Counted from the first letter of the stretch, positions 26,951 through 35,140 are shown. The stretch: DNA of 40,402 nucleotides from Saprospiraceae bacterium (GCA_043728105.1 JAYTMW010000057.1:1-40402); one strand, 5' to 3'. The notes: generated from the letters alone by a model not told the origin. Program-made: numbers and translations.

Positions 26951-28096
26951 CTACACTTTCACCCACTTCTGATTACGACTACTCTCCAAAATGCGCTCAC
27001 AAATCAACAACTCACGATAGCCATCCGCAAAGGTCGGAAACGTTGGTTTTTCAGGTTGCTTACCCGCTTCAATTGCCGCATAAACCTCCTTAAACATTTG
27101 CTTCGATGTATCGGGAAAACCCTCATTGTGTCCCCCAGGGAACGACATAATATCACGTGCTTCGGGATACGCCAACGACGGGTCACGCATGAGGCTTTCG
27201 TTATAGCCGTCACGGTTGCCAATCCACAATTCATTGGGTGATTCGGAATTGAAAGCGAAGGTCTTTCTTGAACCCGAAATTTCTAATTTCAACTGATTTT
27301 TACGCCCCGCCGACACTTGCGAAACGGTCACAGAACCACGGTTGCCGTTGTCAAAACGGAGCAAAACGTTGGCGTGGTCTTCGGTCGTGATAGGCACATC
27401 GGCATAGTCTTCTGGTTTCAACATTTTGCCCGAATAGGTTTCAACGGGCTTCAAAGGCTTCTTGCGGGTCTTGTGAATGGTGTTAAAATCAGCCATCACT
27501 TCCACCGTTTTTAAGCCTGTTATGTATTCGATTACATCCATCAAATGCGAGCCAATGTCGGCAATCGCCCGTGAATCGCCCGACTTATCGGGTTCTAAAC
27601 GCCAGTTATAATCGGTTTCATAAAACAACCAATCTTGTAAATAAGACCCAATAATGGAATACACATCGCCCAAATCGCCCTTTTCACGCATCGCTTTCAT
27701 CTGACGCACCAACGGATAGTAACGCAAATTGAAATGCACGGCATTCACCAAACCTGTTTTGGCAGCCAAAGCCACCAATTCTTCTGCCTCATGCAAATCC
27801 TTGGCTAAGGGCTTCTCACACACCACATGTTTGCCCGCCAACAAAGCGGCTTTTGACTGCGCATAATGCAAAAAATTGGGCGTGCAAATATGGATAGACT
27901 GAATATCGTCTTGTTTCAATAAATTTTCAAAAGTATAGGCTCTCGAAATGCCCAATTGTGCCGCTTTTGACTCCGCCAATTCTTGCGTCACTTCGCACAA
28001 CGCCACGACTTCCACATTTGGTAAACGGCGCAATGCCTCTATGTGCGCTGGGCCGATAAATCCTGTACCGACCACCCCTACTTTAATTTTGCTCAT
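26951..28096 (-). CDS. Gfo/Idh/MocA-family NAD(P)-dependent oxidoreductase
   Basis: 381-aa ORF. VGVVGTGFIGPAHIEAL Rossmann, ICTPNFLH, CEKPLA. Confidence 0.85.
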   Translation of the reverse strand: MSKIKVGVVGTGFIGPAHIEALRRLPNVEVVALCEVTQELAESKAAQLGISRAYTFENLLKQDDIQSIHICTPNFLHYAQSKAALLAGKHVVCEKPLAKDLHEAEELVALAAKTGLVNAVHFNLRYYPLVRQMKAMREKGDLGDVYSIIGSYLQDWLFYETDYNWRLEPDKSGDSRAIADIGSHLMDVIEYITGLKTVEVMADFNTIHKTRKKPLKPVETYSGKMLKPEDYADVPITTEDHANVLLRFDNGNRGSVTVSQVSAGRKNQLKLEISGSRKTFAFNSESPNELWIGNRDGYNESLMRDPSLAYPEARDIMSFPGGHNEGFPDTSKQMFKEVYAAIEAGKQPEKPTFPTFADGYRELLICERILESSRNQKWVKV

Positions 28097-28162
28097 AATA
28101 GTTGATTTTTTTATTTGATAAATTAATTGATGTCTAAAATGAAGTAAAAGCCGTTTTTAGTA

Positions 28163-28350
28163 TTTTCCAAATTGGATATTTTTTTTAAGAAAAACGAAGA
28201 GGTAGGCGGTACAGCACTGGCTTAACATTTCGAATAATCTATAAGGAAAAACGTACACTTAAAAAGCCTCAAAATCGTGTAGTGAATTATGCCAATGCCG
28301 TACTGCCTACCTCTTCGTTTTTCCTAAAAAAAAATATCTAATTTAGAAAA
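28163..28350. mobile_element. MITE-like element with ~50-bp terminal inverted repeats (ttttccaaattRgatattttttttaRgaaaaacgaagaggtaggcRgtac)
   Basis: Left TIR 28163..28212, right TIR 28300..28350 (reverse complement, a few mismatches). No ORF. Related copy at 36987..37224 and a solo end at 30990..31036. Confidence 0.8.
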
Positions 28351-28449
28351 TCTTAAAACTACTTTCCGTTTATTGCAATAGTGCATTTTGAAATTTTACG
28401 TCAAAATACTGAGGGGGTAGTGTAGCGGCGGATTCATCCGCCGAATAAC

Positions 28450-28496
28450 ATAACTCATTGATTATCAACGCTTTCGGCGAATAAATTCGCCGCTAC
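28450..28496. repeat. Dispersed repeat ataactcattgattaNCAA..CTT(T)CGGCGAANAAATTCGCCGCTAC
   Basis: Second copy at 31468..31515. Contains the hairpin ggcgaaNaaattcgcc. Confidence 0.8.
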
Positions 28497-28558
28497 ATTG
28501 CGCCAAAATACTGAGAGGGTGCTTTTAATTATGGCGAATTCGCCATAATTAAAAAAAC

Positions 28559-29398
28559 TCACTCCAAATCATCAGGCAATTCAAGCGTCTTATCCCCTTC
28601 TTTCAAATGCTTAAAATTTTGAGCCGAAACTACTTTTTTACCCGATGTCTTTTCAAAATTCTTCCGTGCGCTTCCCGCCGATTTGCCACCCAATTGTGCC
28701 GCATCATGATTCTCTGGAAAGCCCTGTGCATCTTTATCCACGGCAATTTGGCGGGTCGCTTCTTCGCCCAGCATCGTGAAAATGAGTTCCAAATTGGTCA
28801 TGTGGTCACGCAAGTTTTCACGTTGCAAGCCTTTCAAATTTTTATATTCGGAAGGCGACAAACCAAACGTGGCTTTTGAAATCTCCGCCGTTAAAATCGA
28901 ATATTCAATGTTTTCTTTAACGCCCCGTGCTTTCCATTCATCCGTCAATTGTCGTCGAATGTCAATACTTTTCAAGCGGGTTTCAATCCACTCATCAGAA
29001 TACCCTTTTGCTCGGTACAATTCTCGAATACGCTCAATCCCCAACTCGGGGTTTTCGATTTCTTCAATGCGCTCATCCCCCACTTGCGCCAACCACAATT
29101 TAAAAGGCTCGGCTTTGGGCGAAGGGACGGACATAATAAGGCGAAACAAACCTTTGCGATGCGCACAATTCATGCGCTGCGTGCCGCCTTCCGTTGGTAC
29201 AGGAAGGGGGGTGACAATTTGTCCCCACCCTTTGGCGAGTTCGGTATCCCGCTTGCGCAACTTTTTCAGATAATCGGAAGCATTGGGCGTGTCTGTCAAA
29301 ACTTCAACAACATCGGTCAAAACAAACCACCATTGTTCGTCATGCCAAACCCGCCTAACGTTCTTTTCTTGAAAAATAACAATTTTATTTTCAGTCAT
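28559..29398 (-). CDS. Bro-N domain protein (BRO/antirepressor-like family)
   Basis: 279-aa ORF. N-terminal VRRVWHDEQWWFVLTDVVEVLTD, then SPKAEPFKLWLAQVGDERIEEIENPEL..YSDEWIETRL..LTDEWKARGV..ILTAEISKATFG, matching the conserved bacterial Bro-N family as I recall it. Confidence 0.7.
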   Translation of the reverse strand: MTENKIVIFQEKNVRRVWHDEQWWFVLTDVVEVLTDTPNASDYLKKLRKRDTELAKGWGQIVTPLPVPTEGGTQRMNCAHRKGLFRLIMSVPSPKAEPFKLWLAQVGDERIEEIENPELGIERIRELYRAKGYSDEWIETRLKSIDIRRQLTDEWKARGVKENIEYSILTAEISKATFGLSPSEYKNLKGLQRENLRDHMTNLELIFTMLGEEATRQIAVDKDAQGFPENHDAAQLGGKSAGSARKNFEKTSGKKVVSAQNFKHLKEGDKTLELPDDLE

Positions 29399-29496
29399 TT
29401 TAATCAGAATTGATAGAATTTTTAATGTTAATGAATGGAATTTTTCATCAATCCCTCTTCTATTTTAAAATGCTGCTGTTTTTTTGATTGGTTGAA

Positions 29497-29562
29497 TTGC
29501 TGAATTGTTGTATTGTTAAGTTGTTTTTCAACGGTAAAAACAATTTAACAATTCAGCAATAA
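29497..29562. repeat. Imperfect palindrome attgctgaattgtt..gttaaRttgttttt / aaaaacaatttaacaattcagcaat
   Basis: Read directly. Lies between the Bro-N start and the MFS stop, abutting a 13-mer copy at 29563. Confidence 0.7.
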
Positions 29563-29585
29563 AATACTGAGGGGGTGGCACTTGC

Positions 29586-30773
29586 TTATGCTACTGATTT
29601 CTCTTTAACAAAGAAATAAAGCCCAGCAAATGCTACTACTAATAAAATAGGTAACAAATTGATACTACCTAAAACACTTTGACCTGATTGCAATTCAGTC
29701 ATCCCTGCTATTTTATTTGCGTCAAGTTTTGGCCCAATAAAAAAGGTCTGATATGCCCAGTTACCCAACATACCCACGCCACCCATAAGTGACAAGCCCA
29801 ATGCACCAGATTTAGGGATTTTTTCGTTCACAAAACCCAACATTGTGGGCCAGAAGAAACAACATCCTGCCGCAAAAACAGCTGCTGCCAAATAAAGCAT
29901 ATTCCCTTCCGTTGATCTCAACAAATATAAGCCTAAAACTGCCAAAACCGAAGAAACCAATAATACTCTAATGGGATTTAAAGCGTGAATAAAGGGGCCG
30001 CCGAAAAATCGTCCAACAGCCATAATGCCGTTTACCAAAGCCAAAATCAAAAGCGAATTTGCCCCTGCATTGCCCAAAAGTTTATCTACCCATTGACCCG
30101 TACTAAGTTCTGTATTGGCTGTAAAAAACATACAAACTGCCATAATCAAAAACAAAGGCGTAGCACATGCTGCAAACATTTCACTAAATGATGTGCCTGA
30201 TGTAACTCGTTCCGTTTGTGGAAATTCTTGACCCCAAAACATATATCCATAAACTACGGTTGGTATCAAAATCAAAGCAACTTGCAATTCCCAACCTAAT
30301 CCAATAGATTTCATCCCCGCAGCCAACAATGCCCCTATAACTAATCCGCCAGGAAACCAAACGTGAAAACGATTCAACATACCAATCTTATTATCCGTGT
30401 ACATCGAAGCAACGAGTGGGTTACAAACAGCTTCAACCATACCATTCGCAAAACCTACGAGGAATGTTGAGATAAAAAGTGTCCAAAAGCCACCCGCAAA
30501 AATGGTCAAAACAAGACCCAAAAGATGTGCACCAAATGCTACCCACATCCATTTTTTCATACCCAATAAATCTACGAAAAAACCGCCAAGCGTTGTCGCT
30601 ACGGGAAAGCCGAAAAACGCCATACCTGCAATCCAGCCCAATTCGGTATCCGTCAGATTAAATTGTTTGCCTAAATCGCCGAGCATCCCCGCACGAATCG
30701 CAAAAGTCATTGATGTAACTAATAATGCCACACATGAAGCATTAAAGAGACGAGATTTGTTAATTACTGCCAT
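29586..30773 (-). CDS. MFS transporter (sugar-type by context)
   Basis: 395-aa ORF, about 12 hydrophobic segments, MFS-like loop motifs. Confidence 0.75.
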   Translation of the reverse strand: MAVINKSRLFNASCVALLVTSMTFAIRAGMLGDLGKQFNLTDTELGWIAGMAFFGFPVATTLGGFFVDLLGMKKWMWVAFGAHLLGLVLTIFAGGFWTLFISTFLVGFANGMVEAVCNPLVASMYTDNKIGMLNRFHVWFPGGLVIGALLAAGMKSIGLGWELQVALILIPTVVYGYMFWGQEFPQTERVTSGTSFSEMFAACATPLFLIMAVCMFFTANTELSTGQWVDKLLGNAGANSLLILALVNGIMAVGRFFGGPFIHALNPIRVLLVSSVLAVLGLYLLRSTEGNMLYLAAAVFAAGCCFFWPTMLGFVNEKIPKSGALGLSLMGGVGMLGNWAYQTFFIGPKLDANKIAGMTELQSGQSVLGSINLLPILLVVAFAGLYFFVKEKSVA

Positions 30774-30989
30774 TTTCTATCTGTTGTTTAATTTTAAATA
30801 AATAAAGGTGGTTATTCTTAAATTCTTATAAATTCTGTCCAGTTACCTTAGTGTCAATTTGACAATTATTCCCAAAAATAGATATTTCTTGTTTTCTACC
30901 AATTTTCTAAGCCTTTTTTTCTAAAATTAAAGGAATTATATTTGGAAATTTTAGAAATCGGCGAATTGCACAAAAAGAAATTGGTTTTC

Positions 30990-31036
30990 GAGCATCCCAT
31001 ATTAGATATTTTTTTTTTAAGAAAAACGAAGAGGTA
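30990..31036. repeat. Solo terminal repeat of the MITE-like family
   Basis: attagatatttttttttttaagaaaaacgaagaggtag with no matching right end before 31550. Confidence 0.7.
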
Positions 31037-31131
31037 GTTTCCTCCCTGCTTTGATTTAGTCTATCTTTTAAATGGAAGGTTTAGAGTTTTGTGAGTTGGA
31101 CATATCGTAGCGACATTTATGCACCATATAT

Positions 31132-31444
31132 GATTAAAACATCTATCATCTTGAAACCACCGATTTTTAATCGGGGGGTAAGGAATTACCACTAATGCCA
31201 TCTATCTTCTTTTCAAAAACATCACATCTAATACACGCAATATGTGATGTTTTTAAATAGAAGATAGATGGCATTAGTGGGTTTGCATGACCCCCGATTG
31301 ATGAATTTAAAATAATTAACCGTCATTATCTTTTCAGATTTGCAAGGCAAATCATTACAAAACAGCAATGTTATTATGACGGTAATTTATTTTAAATTCA
31401 TAAATCGGGGGTTACAAGATGATAGATGTTTTCAATCGCATAGG
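31132..31444. repeat. Nested palindromic element, copy B, with a second hairpin element inserted in one of its loops
   Basis: Shares gattaaaacatctatcatcttgaaaccaccgatt and the central hairpin with copy A. Its right-hand cccccgatt|aaatcggggg hairpin is split by a ~105-bp insert that is itself a long hairpin (gatgaatttaaaataattaaccgtcattat .. attatgacggtaatttattttaaattcat). Confidence 0.85.
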
Positions 31445-31467
31445 TAGAATTTACCTGCCGAATCTTT

Positions 31468-31515
31468 ATAACTCATTGATTACCAATGACTTCGGCGAAC
31501 AAATTCGCCGCTACC
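31468..31515. repeat. Second copy of the ataactcattgatta..ggcgaaNaaattcgccgctac repeat
   Basis: Aligns with 28450..28496. Confidence 0.8.
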
Positions 31516-31549
31516 TGAAAAACTGCAAAACTGACAAACTGCAAAACGC
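31514..31549 (-). repeat. CAGT-box array g (inverted orientation): ACTG boxes at 31522, 31530, 31538, with degenerate boxes at 31514 and 31546
   Basis: cctgaaaaactgcaaaactgacaaactgcaaaacgc, strict 8-bp phasing. Confidence 0.75.
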
Positions 31550-32332
31550 TTAAAGCATTTTGATTTTCATATTCCGATACCACACCTTATTACCGTGGTC
31601 TTGCAGCGCAATATGCCCTTTCATCATCGAGCCAAACTTTGGCATATCTTTAAATTTACTGCCTTTTATCATTTCTTTCCACGCAGGTGCATTCATATCA
31701 TATCCAACGACCTTCACGCCATTGAGCCAATGCTCTACTTTTCCTTTGTTTTGAACCAATTTTGCATTGTTCCACTCCAAAGCGGGTTTCACGGTTTCTT
31801 GGCTGCATGACTGCAAATCGTATAAATCGCCGGCACGGTGCTTGATGATTTTTGCGTCGGGGTGGCATTTATTGTCTAAAACTTGCATTTCAGGGCCAGA
31901 ACGCCACACAAATTCTAACTTCGGGTCGTCAATGATGTTATATATAATGCCTGAGTTGCCGCAAGTGTCAATTTTCCAATCCACTTGCAATTCAAAATTT
32001 TCGTAACTATCGGCCGTGACAATATCGCCGCCATCGGCATACCACTTGCCGTCTTGCTTTTTCTTCACGTTCAAGTGCATGGATTGTTCGGCTGAGTCAA
32101 CAATCCAATCAGGGCCCAAAGTGGTTTTACCGAAGTTGTGCCATCCAGCAAATGATTTGCCATCAAAAAGGAGTTTATAGCCTTGTTTTGTTTCTTCATC
32201 CGTCAACACATTGGCGGCGGCGGTCACAATTTTTTCAACAACTTTGGTTTCGACAGTCGTAGTGGTCTTTGTGTCACTGTTTTGGCAAGATGCAAATGCC
32301 ACGATAAGCATCATAAAAGCGGTTTTTTTCAT
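31550..32332 (-). CDS. DUF1080 (3-keto-disaccharide-hydrolase-like) lipoprotein
   Basis: 260-aa ORF with lipobox FASC. GWHNFGK..WIVD.., YENFELQVDWKI..GNSGIIY, HIALQDHG..VWYRN. Confidence 0.8.
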   Translation of the reverse strand: MKKTAFMMLIVAFASCQNSDTKTTTTVETKVVEKIVTAAANVLTDEETKQGYKLLFDGKSFAGWHNFGKTTLGPDWIVDSAEQSMHLNVKKKQDGKWYADGGDIVTADSYENFELQVDWKIDTCGNSGIIYNIIDDPKLEFVWRSGPEMQVLDNKCHPDAKIIKHRAGDLYDLQSCSQETVKPALEWNNAKLVQNKGKVEHWLNGVKVVGYDMNAPAWKEMIKGSKFKDMPKFGSMMKGHIALQDHGNKVWYRNMKIKML

Positions 32333-32439
32333 AATCTTCTTTGTTGTTTGATGAAATGATTAAAAATTTAGCTATCAGCTATGAGCAATCAGTAGTCAGC
32401 TTTTTTACACAATAAATTCTTAAAGAGTTTGTGATTAGT

Positions 32440-32471
32440 AGCTGAATGCTCATTGCTGAAAGCTGATGGCT
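32440..32471. repeat. Second copy of agctgaNNgctcattgctgaaagctgaNNgct
   Basis: Aligns with 21500..21531. Confidence 0.75.
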
Positions 32472-32611
32472 TTTAAAATGGATTGCGAAAGATAGTTTTA
32501 AAATCGAATTACCTACCCTACTCTATCCTCATTTTTTAAAAATTTGTCGTACACCTTATTTAAAAGGACAAAAAACAGGCAATTGATGGGAAAATACTGA
32601 GGGGGTGCTTT

Positions 32612-32657
32612 CACTTTTTCAGTTTTGCAGTTTATCAGTTTTTGAGGTTTGCAGTTT
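32612..32657 (+). repeat. CAGT-box array a: boxes at 32620, 32628, 32636, (32644 degenerate), 32652
   Basis: tttttcagttttgcagtttatcagtttttgaggtttgcagttt, 8-bp phasing, directly after a 13-mer copy. Confidence 0.8.
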
Positions 32658-32778
32658 AATGTTAAATATTCGAGATGTACGCCACCTTTTGGTAGAATAT
32701 AATCCTTGTGTTTTTGTGGTATATGTTTAGTATAATTTATATTTTAAAATAAAAAATTTAAAGTTTATTAACGTTTTA

Positions 32779-32809
32779 TTTGCATAATACTTTTTTTATG
32801 GTACATTTG
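32779..32809 (+). promoter_or_regulatory. Candidate Bacteroidota-type promoter (TTTG ..19 nt.. TAcaTTTG)
   Basis: TTTG at 32779..32782 and TACATTTG at 32802..32809 match the -33/-7 consensus TTTG/TAnnTTTG. The region is AT-rich, so chance matches are possible. Confidence 0.3.
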
Positions 32810-32815
32810 ACACAT

Positions 32816-33069
32816 AATTAATTCTTCTTTATACAAGCAATCACAGAATTTTAAATTTTTGCAAATAAACAAACTGTCCAACACAACTGACTTCACTCAA
32901 CCAAACCAGTAAAAAATCAATCAAAAAACCTTATTGGAAATCAAGAGACATTCTGAGTATGTAACGTACTTGAATGATTTAATGAACAATTTTTATTGTC
33001 CTATAACAATTGTGTCCTATTGAATTTAATTGAAGCGCAAACAGTTTAAATACTGTTTGCGTTTTTTTT
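32816..33069 (+). ncRNA. Candidate ~250-nt non-coding transcript (function unknown)
   Basis: Bounded by the candidate promoter and a canonical terminator. Longest internal ATG ORF is 13 codons. Contains the direct repeat ttgtcctat x2. Confidence 0.25.
33036..33069 (+). terminator. Canonical rho-independent terminator
   Basis: cgcaaacagt-ttaaat-actgtttgcg (10-bp stem, 6-nt loop) followed by T8. Confidence 0.75.
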
Positions 33070-33093
33070 GTGCTAATACTGAGGGGGTATCTT

Positions 33094-33139
33094 GCGTTTT
33101 TCAGTTTTGCAGTTTCTACTGTTTTCAGTTTTACAGTTT
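33094..33139 (+). repeat. CAGT-box array b: boxes at 33102, 33110, 33118 (inverted ACTG), 33126, 33134
   Basis: tttttcagttttgcagtttctactgttttcagttttacagttttt, 8-bp phasing, directly after a 13-mer copy. Confidence 0.8.
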
Positions 33140-33158
33140 TTCCGTCTCAAAAAGGCTA

Positions 33159-33327
33159 TCATTGCGAGTGCTACGAAGCAATCTGCCATGTTTCTTCCGA
33201 TTCCCTTTCTCCATGTTTTTTCAATTGCTAAAATTAAGGGTATGCCCTCTTACAAAAATTTAAGTGTGGGGAAAAGGAGAATCGTAGGTCAAATGACAGA
33301 TTGCTTCGTCGTTCCTCCTCGCAATGA
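33159..33327. repeat. Inverted-repeat pair of the cattgcgag..acgaagcaatc type
   Basis: tcattgcgagtgctacgaagcaatctgccat (33159..33189) versus atgacagattgcttcgtcgttcctcctcgcaatga (33293..33327). It yields the spurious peptide DCFVVPPRNDT, which I recall seeing in repeat-derived ORFs of other genomes. Confidence 0.7.
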
Positions 33328-33361
33328 CACGTTGATTTGGCAAAAGTGTGGGTGCGTTTTT

Positions 33362-33399
33362 CATTATTTCAGTTTCACAGTTTTTGCGTTTTGCAGTTT
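33362..33399 (+). repeat. CAGT-box array c: boxes at 33370, 33378, (33386 degenerate), 33394
   Basis: tcattatttcagtttcacagtttttgcgttttgcagtttt, 8-bp phasing. Confidence 0.75.
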
Positions 33400-33447
33400 T
33401 ATATAAATCATTTATTATGTCTTCTTTAATTTAAAAGAAACAAAAAC

Positions 33448-33477
33448 ACGTTTTTCAGTTTCGCAGTTTTTCAGTTT
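33448..33477 (+). repeat. CAGT-box array d: boxes at 33456, 33464, 33472
   Basis: cgtttttcagtttcgcagtttttcagttt, 8-bp phasing. Confidence 0.75.
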
Positions 33478-33865
33478 AAATCAATTTCCATTTTGAAAAA
33501 AGAAATTCAGGACTGAATAAAAACAGTCAAACAATCAAAGTTTAATTTTTTGATTAAAGCCAAATTGAAATTTAATCAAAAATGAAGGTTTGAAGCATGA
33601 GGATTTTGATAAAACTCAAAACAGTTGTCAAAAAAACAATTTCGTGGAAATACGGCATTCCTGCCATTGGGGACTCACAAATTGTAGTTGATACCTCCAA
33701 AACGCCTTAAATTCAAAATAAACAATCAATTTGTGCCAAAAAATGCTTAATTAAAAACATTCCGTGTATCCATTTAGACTTTGGAAGCCTTTTCGCTATT
33801 GGATGTCCAATCCTATTCCTTTTCTCACTTTTCCCTTTTTACCTTTTCTCCTTTCTTCCTTTTTG

Positions 33866-33911
33866 CAGTAAAAAAGTTTTTACTTTTTTCAGTTAATCAG
33901 TTTTGCAGTCT
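33866..33911 (+). repeat. CAGT-box array e overlapping the parA promoter: boxes at 33866, 33890, 33898, 33906
   Basis: gcagtaaaaaagtttttacttttttcagttaatcagttttgcagtc. All boxes fall on one 8-bp register. Confidence 0.75.
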
Positions 33912-33931
33912 CAAAAATCGTTTTATATTTG
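33902..33931 (+). promoter_or_regulatory. Candidate parA promoter (TTTG ..18 nt.. TAtaTTTG)
   Basis: TTTG 33902..33905 and TATATTTG 33924..33931, 30 nt upstream of the parA ATG. The -33 element abuts the CAGT box at 33906. Confidence 0.45.
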
Positions 33932-33960
33932 CACCATAAAACTTTAAACGAAGTATTTTT

Positions 33961-34614
33961 ATGAAAATAGGTGTCTCAAATTTAAAAGGTGGCGTAGGTA
34001 AAACGACCATTGCTCAAAATCTTGCAGTTTGCTTCGCACACATGGGTTACAAGGTGTGCATCGTGGATACGGATACGAACCAAAACTCGCTTGCATGGTC
34101 GGGTGTGCGGGACGAAAGTTTGCCTGGCATTTTGGTTGTGGGCGCAACGGATTCAAAAGCCTTGAACAAAACCGTGGACAAACTCGACCGTGACCACGAG
34201 ATTGTTATCATTGACGGAACGCCTTCGTTGTCAGAAATGACGACTCGGATTATCCTATCAAGTGATATTCTTTTAATTCCCATTTTGCCAAGCGGACATG
34301 ATTTCAGGGCCATGACTCAATTTGTGGAACGCTATGAACAAGCAAAAGAGTTTAAAGCCGAAATTCCCGCTTATTTCATTCTCAATCAATTTTCTGAAAA
34401 TCTCAATGTGCATCAAGATATGAAAAACATGCTGACGCAATTTGAATTGGGCATTATGGAAACCACCGTCAACAAGCGGGTTTCGTATGTCCGCACAGGT
34501 ATTGAGGGCAAGGGTGTGTATGAGTCAAACGACGATAAGGCAAAGGAGGAAATGGTAAAATTGACCCAGGAGGTTTTGAAATTAGCGCATCAATATAAAT
34601 TCGTGGAAGATTGA
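33961..34614 (+). CDS. parA: ParA-family partition ATPase (small type Ib-like)
   Basis: 217-aa ORF with deviant Walker A NLKGGVGKTT. DTDTNQNS, IIDGTP. Confidence 0.9.
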   Translation: MKIGVSNLKGGVGKTTIAQNLAVCFAHMGYKVCIVDTDTNQNSLAWSGVRDESLPGILVVGATDSKALNKTVDKLDRDHEIVIIDGTPSLSEMTTRIILSSDILLIPILPSGHDFRAMTQFVERYEQAKEFKAEIPAYFILNQFSENLNVHQDMKNMLTQFELGIMETTVNKRVSYVRTGIEGKGVYESNDDKAKEEMVKLTQEVLKLAHQYKFVED

Positions 34615-34710
34615 ATTAGGATTATAAGGATCTTAGAGGGATTTAATAGGATTTTTACCAACAGAAAAAATCCTATTAAATCCTTCTAAAAATCCTTATA
34701 ATCCTAATTC
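34613..34710. repeat. 98-bp imperfect palindrome immediately after the parA stop
   Basis: gaattaggattataaggatcttagagggatttaataggattttt - accaacag - aaaaaatcctattaaatccttctaaaaatccttataatcctaattc. Confidence 0.85.
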
Positions 34711-34759
34711 AATTTTACATAAAACATTCACAATCAATCATTTATATAATTTCGTTACA

Positions 34760-35140
34760 ATGACAAAAGATAAAAAAACAGATTACAGCAAATTAAGCCT
34801 CGGCGCAAAAGTTCCGATGAAAGCCGCTACCATAGCCGCAGTTGAACCCGTAGCACCAAAACCTGTTGCGGCAAAAGCCGTGAAAGCAAAAGTGGAAAAG
34901 GTAGAAAAAGCAATCGAATCGCCTAAACAACCTACTAAAATGGAAGCTGCCGTGAAAGCAATTCACGCCACGCCACTCCCTCGCATGATGAAACCTACCA
35001 AAACCGAAGAACGCACTTTGCGGGTCACTTTGGATATTCCGTTGTCGCTTCATGCCCAAATACGCACCAAAACTTTTCAAGAAGGCATCTCTATGAAAGA
35101 ATATTTCTTGGAAATGGCAAAAAAGGAAATGGGGATTTAG
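34760..35140 (+). CDS. ParG-like partition/centromere-binding protein (disordered A/K/P-rich N-terminus plus C-terminal ribbon-helix-helix)
   Basis: 126-aa ORF downstream of parA. The C-terminus RTLRVTLDIPLSLHAQIRTKTFQEGISMKEYFLEMAKKE fits a beta-strand/helix/helix RHH pattern. Confidence 0.6.
   Translation: MTKDKKTDYSKLSLGAKVPMKAATIAAVEPVAPKPVAAKAVKAKVEKVEKAIESPKQPTKMEAAVKAIHATPLPRMMKPTKTEERTLRVTLDIPLSLHAQIRTKTFQEGISMKEYFLEMAKKEMGI

Noticed and set aside
28559-29398. Prophage or phage remnant suggested by the Bro-N protein
   Set aside because: It is a single gene flanked by housekeeping-type sugar genes and short repeats. No integrase, capsid, terminase or att-like duplications occur in the window.
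23174-29575. Integron-like gene cassette array using the 13-mer as an attC-like site
   Set aside because: The motif is not an imperfect palindrome like attC. No integrase or attI is present. The motif is equally common inside genes and across the whole window.
33030-33406. ORFs 33030..33263 and 33092..33406 in the gene-free region
   Set aside because: They are read-throughs of repeats: the 13-mer gives NTEGV, CAGT arrays give FSFTVF-type strings, and the cattgcgag repeat gives DCFVVPPRNDT. They have low-complexity composition and no start context.
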